A DNA stretch of 59,496 nucleotides, counting the filler, from Dimargaris cristalligena (taxonomy: Eukaryota), in the NCBI GenBank assembly GCA_003614675.1. It is 2 parts of 2 records of this genome, joined end to end, with 100 filler letters (N's around TTAATTAATTAA, not from the genome) between each part and the next. Parts side by side here need not be neighbours in the genome. Positions count along the whole stretch, not along the records: positions 1 to 29,711 come from ML002476.1; 1 more part is not named here. One strand, written 5' to 3'. The notes beneath the pieces are model-generated. The model was given only the letters and a program-made list of their open reading frames with translations, was not told the origin of the DNA and did not search any database. Below are positions 12,400-24,815 of the stretch, one piece after another; within the stretch, counting starts at the first letter, position 1, and the number at the start of each line of letters is the position of its first letter. The position numbers were made by a program, and so were the translations under genes.

Positions 12400-13801
12400 C
12401 ATCGAGTTCTCTATGGAACACTTGAAAAAGCATACCTTAAGCAATTGGTCAGCGTGTCCTGAGATACACCCGACAAACCCGTGGGACACCTCTGGAACGT
12501 ATATCAGCCTGAAGCATATTCTCATTCAATGACCATTTTATGGCCTGCCATAGCCATCTATATTAGAACACAATTTTTCATATTTTTATAGATATGTCCA
12601 GTCAAACTTCCCAAATGACCCATTTAGACACCATAGATAGCAAATCTCATAGAAAATGGCAAACATACATGAACCCTATAAACCCGCCCTTACAAATATA
12701 CCCAATGAATTTATCGAACACAAAATCATCAAACCCTTGACTAATTACACCCTGTGTGTGTCCAATACTATTTAGTAATGAATTTACTAATACACAACCA
12801 TCTCGATATTCATATTTAGGGTGCCATCTGTTTCCCTGCCAGGCATCTCCCTTAGGTCTGGAGTATCCATGTATCCAGATTTACACACCAGTAATGACCA
12901 GTCCGAATACCGCCCCCCCCAAGAAGGATTGTTCACGTTATAAAATAGACTTGTTAGCCGTCCCAGTTGATTTATTTTGGTTTCATAATATAATCCCAAT
13001 TACTCCTATCCCAAAGTTGGGAATTTTAAATGGTCTAGGATGGACCAATAAGTTCACAATATGGGATATTCCAGTAAATTGTGCAGCAGAGATTTAAAGA
13101 CAATTTTGTGAGGTCGGGGATAATTCCTAGGGTATTCTATTTAAACTATCCGAAGAAATAGTTTCTCTATTCTTCTCCATTGTTTTCAAGTCGTTTTCCT
13201 CAACTAAAGTCGCCCTTTACTCGTTGACGGCTCTGGTCAACTATTTACTTTCGTCGACTTGTATTTTAATATTGGTCTCGTACCGCGGGTATTTGATAAC
13301 TATACAAGGCTACCATGGGAAGCCAGTGGAATGAAGGGGATGGAGCAGAGGCTAAATTCCATATACGGAAGAGCAGAGGGAAGGAAGAGACTGGTAAAAT
13401 TTAGAGGAGTAGGCGGCAGTAATAGCCGCCCAATTTCATCCGTCCATCCACAGATTCCTCCCGATGGACCCTTCCTGGCTTCATGGTCAAAGACAAGGAT
13501 TTAATGGCTCGCCTTGATCGATTGAGGTAGCGTGGAATGCATGAAGTTATTTACAACATACCCCCAAACACACAAAATTACCTCCCTGGGGATAAGAAAA
13601 CATCGGCAAATGTAGGTATAGGCAGTGGCGGTCAAGCGACTACAGGGCGTCGTTGTATCGGCCACCAAAGTATAGAAAACCCCGCCTACACCCCACTTTA
13701 CAACATTATCATTACCCATTTATACCTCAATTGCATCCCCCCTTCCCTCACCGGATTTTTACAAAGTTCTACCCCCATCCTCTCGGACTAGCTTAAACAT
13801 C

Positions 13802-14573
13802 ATGTATTGCATTTGCCCTGTCACCGCTACTGCGCTCCTTGCTTTGGTCGTGTTATAAACGAGATTGAGCGAGTGTAGGAATATTCAGGAAGATAGCTTT
13901 ATTATAATTAGCGGCCCCAATAGGGTATGAAGACTAATGTAGCGATTGTAGGAAATGAAAGTAAACGTATGGGAGCAATAGTCATCTGAGGACCCGTCTC
14001 TGGGTTGGCCAACGGTTCCTTTTTATACTGGCATAACTCAAGAACCATTTATGCGCATACAGCCTTCAGGATGAGTCGGGGGTAGTGGAGGAGAAGATAC
14101 CATCGGATGCCTGGCTATATGCACTGTCTGCTTGTCGCCGGGTACATCTGGCGCCGCAATATTAACAGTCACAAGCCCTACTTTACTAGCCTTGCCAATG
14201 TCTAGTAATGTCGGACATACTACTTTGCCTGTGCCAACCTCCCATATTCACCGTCGCCAACCTTCACCCTTCTTTCCATTCCCTCCTCCATCTAGCAGTA
14301 TGCCTGGAACATGGGTCGACATAAAGAAGGAAACCCCGAAAGCCGGTGGAACCAGCACCTCATCTCCCGCGACTTTCAAATCCACTGGCACGAAGCCTAG
14401 TGGTGGCGCGAACAACCAAAAAGCGGGTGTAACCAATTTCCCAACCTCTAAGTCCCTGAAACCCATTACTGTGAATACAAAGAATACATCTTCTAGCGCG
14501 GTGTTTGTTTTCTACCGCAAAGAAAGTCACGCCGAAAGCCAATGGCTATGAAACTAAGATCATTAAGAAATAA
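13802..14573 (+). pseudogene. Small secreted Ser/Thr/Lys-rich protein gene disrupted by a solo LTR (copy A)
   Basis: Removing 13851-14171 restores MYCICPVTATALLALVASPTLLA-LPMSSN...HIHRRQPSPFFPFPPP..., colinear with the paralog's ATVLLALVATSIFLA-LP. A probable frameshift lies near 14505. The terminus AAG AAA TAA (14565-14573) is shared with copy B. Confidence 0.65.
13851..14167 (-). mobile_element. Solo LTR, 317 bp
   Basis: TGTTA...TAACA termini and a 4-bp target duplication GTCG/GTCA. The minus strand has TATAAAAA (14020-14027) and AATAAA (13898-13903). The segment is absent from the paralogous locus near 29580. Confidence 0.85.
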
Positions 14574-16600
14574 TACCTCGAAACAGCCGACCAAAGCATA
14601 GAAGTCACCATCGCCCAGTCCCCCGTTTTTTCATCAACCTTTGCGGATTCGGTATTGCTCATCTACAGGAGGCTGCTTGCCCCCCAGAGTCCTATCAATG
14701 GGCAGCACCCATGGTTTATTTCGGCCTATCCGACGATATTATCGCCCAACAGCTCCGTTTAGTGTTGCTGTTATATCCCAAATGCGGTGGTTCATTAACA
14801 GCCATATATTGCCCTTTTCATTCATCCCTCGATGTTTTCACTACCTTCATTTTGAGGGTTTTATTGTAATTTACACTATCTTACTTCAGCAGCTACTCTG
14901 TATCTTGGACAACTTATTTTCGCGATTCCAATAAAGCATTCCTATAGTTGTATATAAGCCCATAAAGGTACGAAGATATATTAGCGTATTTTAAGTATTA
15001 GCAATTGGGTTCTTCCTCCCTGGCCTATCATTTGGAATTATGAATATTATATTCTGCCTAGAGGAATACAGTCTGAACCTACCCTGGTTCAGTATTGTGA
15101 AGACTGCTTAACCTGGTATGTGCCCATTATCTGTAGTTCGGGTAGAAGCGTCTTGCTGATAGTATAGGGCATTCATAATACTTCAGATCAGCTATTCCTG
15201 CTCACTAGGTCTATAATCCCTCCCAGCAGTGGAAAGTCTCTACTAAAGCTGATGTGCCCGGATGTGCACACTATAGCCATTGTCTATATAATATCAATAA
15301 TACCATATTATTAAATAGGGGCATATATATACAAACTGCTTGGACTGGGCACTGGTTGTTCAATATTGGACGAATATTTCTTTACTACTAACCGTCTAAT
15401 GACCCGCTGTGTTTGGCACGGCCCCTTGCTGTTAGCTTTTGGCACTCCCAAATAGCGGTCCATATACTCGGCACTTGCCGTATATACATACTGTACTATA
15501 TATTCAGCACCAACCATAGCCAAGGCATTTTCCTGTACGCATTAATATTAATCGCAAAAACATTACCTTTCGCTCCAATTTTGAATATTCAATTATTGGG
15601 CGGTGTATAGCGTATGTCGAGCTCCCGGACATTAAACCCTTATGTTTTCTCTGTATTCTTTTGCCTGACGCCTTCAGAATGAAACTTGCCTAGTTTTCTA
15701 TTAGACCGTCTGGTGTGGGCAAAACAACCTGCCGCCACAGTATGCAACAACTGCAAGTTCGCCCTAAGATACCAAGCCATCCCTGTAAATCCCCACCCCG
15801 GTTTTACCTGTATATACTGGAGACTGGTATACTATGATAATAAAGAACCCCAGTCTCCAGAAATCTAGATGACTTTATTAAATTGGATTGGATTAGGCTT
15901 AAAATTTCAATTTTAGTTGTTGATGTAGACCTTTGTTTTTAGCGGCATCGAGTAGCATTGGCCCAGTCTAATTCGGGATATAGTTTTCGGATATTAGTTC
16001 CTGTTTTTAGTACATACCCCTATTTAAGCCGAGATTCCTGCAGCCACTGCTAGTCATTTTAGTAAGAGGTTAGTAAGTGAGAGCGGGGTGGCTGCAGGAG
16101 CCGCCGAGCGGGGTGTGGGGGATGAAGCCAAGTCCGCCTTAATCTTGTGTTTGTGGGCCTTTCTATATTCAAACACACTCAGCCGGCCACTACTCGCCCC
16201 GCTTTAGGCGCAGGGGAGAGAAACCTAAAGGACGAAAAAGCGATGAACCCAAAACACTCCAATCCCCAAACATGTAAACAACTCTGCCCAATCAATGGGC
16301 CAGATATCTCCCCTTCTAACAACACGTTTTACTTAGCTCTGCTGGTCGGCTGCACTCAGGGACCTGTCTTTCTTTCTCTTTCTCTCTCTCCCCTCCACTC
16401 TCTCCATTCAAACCCCGACTTGGTTCAGTTACTGATTGTCATCAGAGAACTGGTTGGTTGTTCCATTGAGTAAAGCCCTCCTTTTACGCCCTTTTTTAAT
16501 CCTTTTATTATGAGTTTGCATTGACGCTATCTACCATCACCTATATAACCCACCCATCCGTTGCTACCCAGTGTATCTTCCCCACTCTCCGTTGCCAACC

Positions 16601-18736
16601 ATGCTCCGCACTCCCGACCACAGTGTCGAAAGTCGAATGGACGGCCTCACCATCGGCAACCCCGCCCCGGGAGGAGTCTCCGACCACCCCACGGTCGCCC
16701 GAGTGGTCGCCTCGTCGTCTTCGTCGTCGTTGTCGTCCGGCACTGCCGCGGCCTCCAAGCCCCGGTCGGCGCTCATCACCCAAGCCGCCCCCCTAGTCGA
16801 AGTCAGTACCAAGTCGGCCTCCTCCGCCGGCCATGCCTACGGGGGCCCCACCGCCGGTATCATGACCAAACGAGCCCAAATGATGGCCCTCGACCCCGTG
16901 GTGCGCCGCAAATGCGAGGCCACGCAAGTGTACTTCCTGGACTATTACTTCGACCTGTTGTCCTATATTAAGCACCGCAAGGGCCGGTTCCAGAAACTGA
17001 AGGATGACTTGCGGAAAATCCAGGTCACCCAGAATCAGGCCCAGCTAGCCTGGCGGCGCTACTGTGCCGACGAAACAGCTTACCTGCGTCGGCGTCGCAT
17101 TCGCACCCAGGAGAAGGAGTTCAATATTCTGGCCCAGATTGGGCAGGGCGGCTACGGCCAGGTAAGTAACTGATATTTATACCAAAGTATCTGTTCGATC
17201 AACTATTCCCCAAAATTGAATGACAATCCACCATCGTATAAACCACCGCATGGATGGTACTTCCAACCGAGTTGCAGAACACTATATGTTAACCATGTGG
17301 CATGCTCTATGATTTTTGATGACCATGTAAACGTGCACTTGCAGGTCTTTTTGGCTCGTAAGCGCGACACCGGTGAAATCTGCGCTCTCAAGAAAATGAA
17401 CAAGAAACTACTGCAGAAACTCAATGAAGTTCAGCACATCTTGACCGAACGGGATATTCTCAAGGCGAGTCACACCGACTGGCTGGTCAAGCTCCTGTAC
17501 GCCTTCCAAGACCCCGAGCATGTCTACCTAGCCATGGAATATGTTCCCGGTGGTGACGTCCGCACCCTGCTCAATAGCAACGGCATCCTCTTGGACAAGT
17601 ACACCCGGTTTTACGTGGCAGAGATGTGTTTGGCGGTAGTGGCTCTGCACAAACTGGGTTACATCCACCGCGATCTCAAGCCCGAAAACTTCCTGATTGA
17701 TTCAACCGGCCATGTCAAATTGACTGATTTCGGCCTGTCCAAGGGCAACCTCAGCTCCCAACGAGTAGATGCCCTGCGCCACAAATTGGAGGCCGTCAAG
17801 AACAACCAAATTATCTACCGTACCTCGGAAGAAAAACGTAGTTTCTACCGGTCCTTGAAGCGCGAGGACATGACTTGTGCCTTTTCGGTGGTGGGATCGC
17901 CCGACTACATGGCCCCGGAGATTATCACGAACCAAGGGGCCGGCTACGATAACCGGGTCGATTTTTGGTCCATCGGGTGTATTCTGTACGAGTTCCTGGC
18001 TGGCTACGCCCCCTTTACTGCCCCCACTTTGGATGAGGTCTGGGTCAATGTATACCACTGGGAGCGGGTCTTTGAGCGCCCAAAGTTCGACAGCATCGAG
18101 GCGGAACAGAATTTGACCGCGGAGGCCTGGTCCTTGATTAACCAACTGATTACCCACCGCAACAATCGCCTGTCGTCCCTTACTGACATTCAAAACCACC
18201 CGTACTTCCACCACTTTGACTTGGCCACCATGCGAGAGACTGTGGTAAGTATCAGTATTTAATATATATTCAGTTGATGGTCCTGGTTGTTGGCTTAGGC
18301 CAGTAGCTCGGTGGTTTTGATGACGAATTCCCCATTGTAGACAACCCGGCCGTCTATATCACCGACTCTGGCATGATATAACCCTCCACTCTAACCCCCT
18401 AGGGTGCCATTCCTTGATTCTTTACCCCCATTCTGCTTACAGGACCCACCATTCGTCCCAATGCTCGAGTCCGAGGCGGATACTTCCTATTTTGATGATT
18501 TTACCAATCCCGACGACATGGAGATATACAAGGACGTCAACAACAAGAAACAGCAAATTGAGGAATCCATGCGTACCACCGAGCACCAGACCACCGCCAA
18601 CAAAGATGGCGGTACAGCCGACCCTGGTGGTGACGCCGGCCTACCGAACGCCACCGCGGGGTTGAAGGAAGACCGGGCGGCGTTCATTGGATTCACTTTC
18701 CGTCACCGGGATTTTCTGCCCACTGGACAGCGCTAA
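16601..18736 (+). CDS. DBF2: NDR-family Ser/Thr kinase of Dbf2/Dbf20/Sid2 type (~584 aa); exons 16601-17161, 17345-18244, 18443-18736
   Basis: Mob-binding region YFLDYYFDLLSYI..R..R; GQGGYGQ|VFLARKRDTGEICALKKM; HRDLKPEN; DFG with insert; SVVGSPDYMAPE; AGC tail PPFVP..DTSYFDDF and FIGFTFRH. Both introns are phase 0. Confidence 0.92.
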
Positions 18737-20126
18737 ATCATGGCTTGAGTCGCTCCAGCCCGATTTATTTTTCTTAAAGTTTCGACATTTTATTTTATTT
18801 TTCCGATAATTACCCTAGTCTGGGCCGATGGCTATGGCGGGTTTGGGTCATCCCTTGTGAAATGTCCCTCGATGCCTCCTTGTCCTAGTCGATTCCTGTT
18901 TTCGCCTAAAATCTGCGGACCAACACCCGTCGTTTCCAAGCAGCTACGACCATCCCCCCAACTACCGGGGCTAGTCTTATTTATCTTGCCCGGGGCTTTT
19001 TTATATCACCCGATATTCATATCGACCATGCCCATTCTTTTATAACGTAAACCAACTGTATTTCTTTACATTTTCAGGGTGTCGTAAAACCACAACTTTA
19101 TATACCACCGCGCACCCCCCCCCCTCCTTTTATTATTTAATGGCAGGTTTATTATGCTACCAACATCCAATTCATATTCAGTTTGATTCGCATCTATTCC
19201 AGTACCTCCTCCACCCTTTACCATCCGGTAACTTTGCCAGTAACAATTTTCGACTCTACCCAAGGCTCAAGTAGTCTGTTGGATTAAGTATCAGTAGCAC
19301 CCCCAGTGAGGTAGTTAGATCCCTGGACGATTTAGTTGCCAATGATTTCTGATACGAATGATGCATTTGAGGTGTGCAAATCGGTTGAACACTAATTGGG
19401 TATATATGGGTGGGCATTTTATCGGCCAATTTCCGATCCCAAAGAATCGAATAGATTGTGGGGTGGAGAAACCAGGCAGATTTGATCCAGTGAATTATTT
19501 ATTAGTGGACTGATATTCTTGTTTGCAATGGTGACTGAAGTAGCTATTTTGAGTGGCTCTTGTTGTATCGTTCAGGTGGCCATCTCTTTTGGGCCTATAT
19601 TATGATCAGACTCACGTGGACTGGCATCCAATGGGACTTTTTTATAGATAAGTTTCCCAACAACCAGTAAGCGTCGTGGAATACTGATATGGGATGGGAT
19701 AATCTAGTAGAAGAAAATGAAAATCGGCCAGAAATGTGCGCGTGTCACAATCGAATTGAAATGCCCTCTTTCTTGCTGTATTATGTGGTGCGCGGTAAAG
19801 AGGCGCTGGACTTGACTGGCTAACTAAGAAAGAAGGACCTGGTCAACTAGTTAAATAAACTGGGGGAGTTTCCACGCATACACCAACCTCCAACAGGGCA
19901 TGCGATTCCTTCAACAGCCTTCGTTGTTTTGTGTCCTTTTTCCGCCTGTATGATCAGTGGTGTTGTGTGTGGATCGGTTGAAGTTCCCTTTGCTCTTTAT
20001 TGTTCGCTTGCCCATTTTTGTTCTTTATACTTCTTAATTCAGTCTAGTCAGACCCTTTTCTTCTATCGAACTACTCGACCCATTCTTCAATATATCCAGT
20101 TAGCTCTTTTATTTTATTATTTCGAT

Positions 20127-20990
20127 ATGGGTATCTTCTCCGTTTTCAGCCGTGGCTCGTCCACCCCGTCCGAGGACTCGTCTTCGACCCAGACCACCCC
20201 AGCGGCCCCGGTCCCGGCGCAGTCCCAGACTCAAACTAAAACTCAAACTCTATCCGACGGGTCCTATCCCTCTAACTCAGCCGCCCCGGCCGAGACCCTC
20301 TCCAGTGCCACTAGCCCGGAACTCGTCGAACGGGCCACCCCGGACACCCCCTCCTACTCGTCCACGCATGCGGCCGCCCATATGGCCGAACAGTCGCTGG
20401 ATCTGTCTAATATTTTCGCCGCCGCCCAATTGTCCACCGATCGGGGCCGTGAGGCCCTGTTGGGCCCGGACAAGAAAACGGTCGAATACCTGATGCTGGA
20501 AGAACACGCCTCGCACCAGCTCCCCGGGGCCGAACCCGGTGCCCTCCCCAGTCGCGGCTGGTCGGACGACCTTTGCTACGGTACCGGTATGATGTACTTC
20601 TTAGGGCTCAGCACTGGGGGTGCTTGGGGTCTGCTGGAGGGTCTGCGCCAGACCCAGGGCCGGCCTTTCAAAATCCGCCTCAACGGGGTGCTGAACGCCT
20701 GTACCCGGCGCGGCCCGTTTTTGGGTAACTCCGTCGGGGTCATGACTATGCTCTACAATTGTACCAATGCCCTGATCGGCTCCATCCGCGGCGAACACGA
20801 CGTTTACAACAGCCTGGGGGCGGCTACGATAGCCGGGGTATTGTTCAAGTCGACCGCGGGCATCAAGTCGGCCGCTACGGCCGGTGTCCTCTGCGCCGGC
20901 GCCGCTGGTGTATGGAATCTGAATCGGCAAAAGGTCCAGGATATGCGTAGAGCGTTTGTACAAAAGGCGGGCATTGGCCACTTTGCTTAA
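20127..20990 (+). CDS. TIM23: Mitochondrial import translocase Tim23
   Basis: LPSRGWSDDLCYGTG..Y..GLSTGGAWGLLEG, RLNGVLNACTRRGPFLGNS and AGVLFKSTAG; first in-frame ATG at 20127. Confidence 0.93.
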   Translation: MGIFSVFSRGSSTPSEDSSSTQTTPAAPVPAQSQTQTKTQTLSDGSYPSNSAAPAETLSSATSPELVERATPDTPSYSSTHAAAHMAEQSLDLSNIFAAAQLSTDRGREALLGPDKKTVEYLMLEEHASHQLPGAEPGALPSRGWSDDLCYGTGMMYFLGLSTGGAWGLLEGLRQTQGRPFKIRLNGVLNACTRRGPFLGNSVGVMTMLYNCTNALIGSIRGEHDVYNSLGAATIAGVLFKSTAGIKSAATAGVLCAGAAGVWNLNRQKVQDMRRAFVQKAGIGHFA

Positions 20991-23900
20991 TTCCGACCAT
21001 CTATCTGAACTACATTACTATTACCTAAGTAGCGCATCATCTGTGTAGCCCTCCGTTTTTAACCCTCATATACTCTCTTTTGGGGTTTCCGGCCCTTATA
21101 TAGATTTAAGAACCCGGCCTGTTATTACTTTTCCAATAAAATTCATCCGATTCCCTTGACATGTACATTCTAAGTAGAGGGGTGGCATTGTGAGTGTACC
21201 AGGCTTGTCTGTATGGAAAATACGTGGGCATGACTGGGCCAAGAGGCGATTCGTCCTTGGGTCTATATTTTTATAAAATTTATATCGATTGATTATATTT
21301 CAATATGGAGCAATGGTTAAGCTGGCGGCTATTATTGAACTTAACATGCTGGGGAGTTGCCCAATTTGAGTCTCTATCACACAATTCTTTTTTGTCTATT
21401 TGCTATTTCACTTTTAATCGGGCTATTGGCAGGGCAGTTTGGCCGTTTCCGTGATCAACTAGGATATGTATTCGATAGGAGGTAATAATTAAATAGATTA
21501 TGAGATGTGGTTGGGCTATTAAACGCAGCACCTATTTCATTTTGGCCCAAGAATAACCACTATCAGTAAGAGTTGAATGGTAAAGCGCATCGATTTGACT
21601 GCATTATTAAAGTATACTTTGTTACTTTTCGAATAGTATAATCTGGCGCAATCTAAAATTTAAAATGTACCCTGGCGTACTATAATGTTAGAGCCAGCAA
21701 ATACGGACGATATATAAGGAAGTATCAGTGAAACTCGTGCCAATACGATAGAAACTGACTTAAGTCATAACGGTGAATGGGGGAATACTGCTTCCCCTTA
21801 ACTTTTGCGGGCACAGACGCGATAATGACTAAGGCGGACTTTGTTAGCTAAGCTCGTTATTGGTTTCCTGTTTTTTGCGTGTTCACCATATGATTGAGCT
21901 TCACATGTTAATGCCCAGCGAGTACACCGGGCTTAACGACCCACACGAAACCGCATTTTTATGAGTCGAGCTGGTTTTGGAGGATGGGAGTCGACTGAAT
22001 AGGGCTCGCTAACCCTAAATACAATCGCACGGCACATCTATTTTCGCACTCCCCTCCCCATCCATCTCCGACCAACGCCATTACTGGTCGTTACTATTAT
22101 CCCCCCATGGTGGATAATAGCGGCCAAGGTCCGAATTATGGTAACACTCAATGCCTGAGTGATAATTGGGGGGAGGATCCCCAGGCACATTGGTTAATGA
22201 TAGGATAATTAATCGGAAGGTGAACCGAGTCGATCTTGGACGATGCAATCCCCCACCCTGGCTCTGTCAAGCTGTTCAATTGACTTGCCCAGTAGCGATA
22301 TATAGTTCGGATTCTATCTTAGATAAAGTGTTAATCGGCCCAATCCCCCAAAAGCGACCAGATAACTGGGTGAGTGGAATGCTATAGTAAACATGAATAT
22401 CATTTGATAATATACCTAGGTGAGTTGACTTGGTATACGCCATCAAGGAAAATGAATTCATTGGGCAAGTAAAATTTACTTATTCCGTGGACTGTTGCTC
22501 CAAATTAGAATAGAGAGTTTAGTGGAGTATATGTTTACATTTATAGATAAATTCTGCCGTGACTGTAAATCATATGTACTAAAGTATACTTGGGAAAAAG
22601 GGGGGAGGGGTTCTTGTTTGAAAGTGAACTGTCCTGATCCGTAAAGAATTACTTCAATGTATAGTTAGGGGGAACGTATCTATACAAGGTCACATGGGTT
22701 AAATGCGTAACTGTGGGTTTCCAAGACCAGCTACAGGCAATAAATCCAAGTTGCCCCTCAAATATGTAGCAGCTAATTTGGTTTACTAGCTTGGTGACTG
22801 TGCTGCGAGTGTGTAATGTGAGCAACAGCGAATCTCAAAGAGCCCCGTGTTTTATTAGTCATTTTTGACTGGCACGGTGAAGTGAAGGCACCTCCGTTTT
22901 TGCTAGGGCGAAACTCGTCCTGCCAAGTATGGATAAATGACTCAAGGATCGATTTCACAATATAGTTGGGAAATCCCCCCCCCTTTACCATAGAGTTTGT
23001 GAAATACAGGTGGTATAAACCCTCCCATACTCTAAATATTAACCAATAGTGGCATTCAGCTAGTCCAGCGAACCTGAAGGGGGAAGACACACAATGTCCT
23101 CAATTCAATGTGCTTCTTTATCCCGATGGGCAACTACAAGGCATATTATACATCAACTTCTAGATGAATATATAGAAAGGATATCGGTATTTGTTCGCCG
23201 CGTTTTCCTCCCCCTCCCCAGTGGTCGCGTATTGGATGTTTATTCATGGCATACCCCCGAAAGTAATGCATGTCGGTACACCACTCTAACGTTGGATTCA
23301 CAGCCTCGGTGTCTTAGAGATGAACCTCCACGGAATGACCAGCTTCGAATAATCAAAACCTATATGAGCCAATCACCTTGGTAACCTGAGGACTGATTTG
23401 CTTGTAAAACGAAGCCATAGGGAGGTGCTCCACGGATTGACGAGAACGGCGGCGACCTATATGCGAGGGGATCGTCGTTTACTCAGCCGATCCATGTTTC
23501 CCAAGGCCATTTTGAACAGTGACCCTTCCCTCAAAATAGTCGAATGCGGAATTAGCTCGGTGCACATGCAGGGATCCCTCTAGTCTACGCTCTTCCATAC
23601 ATTCAATTCTATAGTACCGTGATATGTAGTTGCTTAAAAAAGCTAGGCTAGAAATAAACAGCCACTATATACTGCGTGCCACATTTTAGCCACATATCAT
23701 TAATATTATTTAAAATCTAATGGGCACCACCATAAAACCGACCGTGGGCGTGTGCATATGGGGCTAGTGGTTATATTCATTGATGCGGATGTTTATGGGG
23801 GAAGGGGAATAGGTGGCTCTTAATTAAACATTGTATGCCGGAGATATATCCCGCGAGCAGCTAATATGTGGGCTTACAGGGGAAGGAGTGGCCTACTCAA

Positions 23901-24347
23901 TATCCAAAAGGGGGTTGGAGCTACAGAGGATGTGTTCATACAAAGAGCCGATGGAATATCACCTCCGCGCCGATCCGCCAGCCTCCAGACGAGACATCCA
24001 TTTCTACACCCACCTACCTTGTTCCTAGTATTGCCTCGCCATGTGCCTGGCCAGTTTTGAACCTGGCACGCCAACCGAGGCCAATTCCTCCAAATCCCAT
24101 GCACACCCTAAAATCCAGCAGCTATAAATACACGGGTGTCATGCCCCTCGACTATGAATTCATCACCCAGCCATTTCACATTATTTCCAGCGTTGCACGC
24201 ATTCTCACATTACCTTTCTCCCACTCTGCTTCTTTTGACGACCAGTTCTTCCTTGTAACCTACCCTTTACGGCCCGTTGTTTGACACACTCACGAACCCC
24301 CCCACCTCCTTTCTCCTCCTCCTCCCCCCATCCTTCCACTCTCCACT

Positions 24348-24815
24348 ATGAAGTTCTTCGCCGCCACTGTTGTTCTCGCCACCTCCGCCATGGTTGCCCT
24401 GGCTGCCGACAGCGACTCCGCCGAAATCGAACAGTGCCTGGCCCAGGCCAAGTGTCAGGCCGACCCCACCTCCTGCTACTCCGAGTGCCTGGACTTGTCT
24501 TCGGAACAGCTCGCCAGCTTCGCCTCCTGCACCAAGGGCTGCACCCTGCCCACGGACTTCAAGGATACCACCGCTGTCACCGCCTATAACGACTGTGCCA
24601 CCGATTGCCTCGACAAGTTCCTGCCCTCTTCCTTGACCGCTTCCGCCACCAGCAGCGGCGCCACCGCTTCCAAGACTTCGTCCGCCAAGGCCTCGTCCTC
24701 CAACAGCAACGACGACGGTGAGAGCGATGACAGCTCGGAGAGCACCTCTTCCGCCAGCTCCGTCGGCTTCTCCGCCGGTCTGGTCGTGGCTGCTCTGGCC
24801 CTCACTCGCTACTAA
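24348..24815 (+). CDS. Secreted, probably GPI-anchored Cys-rich cell-surface protein (155 aa)
   Basis: Signal peptide MKFFAATVVLATSAMVALA, an 8-Cys acidic domain, a Ser/Thr-rich stalk and a hydrophobic C-terminus (SSASSVGFSAGLVVAALALTRY). Strong C-ending codon bias; TATAAA at ~24123. Confidence 0.88.
   Translation: MKFFAATVVLATSAMVALAADSDSAEIEQCLAQAKCQADPTSCYSECLDLSSEQLASFASCTKGCTLPTDFKDTTAVTAYNDCATDCLDKFLPSSLTASATSSGATASKTSSAKASSSNSNDDGESDDSSESTSSASSVGFSAGLVVAALALTRY

Larger units (their letters stand above)
13730..15485 (+). repeat. Diverged segment duplicated in inverted orientation at ~28262-29700 (copy A)
   Basis: Shared blocks include GCTACTG(C/T)GCTCCTTGC, TGCCTAGAGGAATACAGTCTGAA, CATAATACTTCAGATCA and CACTGGTTGTTCAATA. 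Boundaries are approximate. Confidence 0.85.

Noticed and set aside
12430..13140. Possible degenerate terminal-repeat element next to MITE copy 2
   Set aside because: The inverted match (TACCTTAAGCAATT versus TACCCTAGGAATT) is too short and weak.
18245..18442. TGATGA (box C-like) in DBF2 intron 2; SEC65 and TIM10 introns also inspected for snoRNAs
   Set aside because: No downstream CTGA box D or terminal stem was found.
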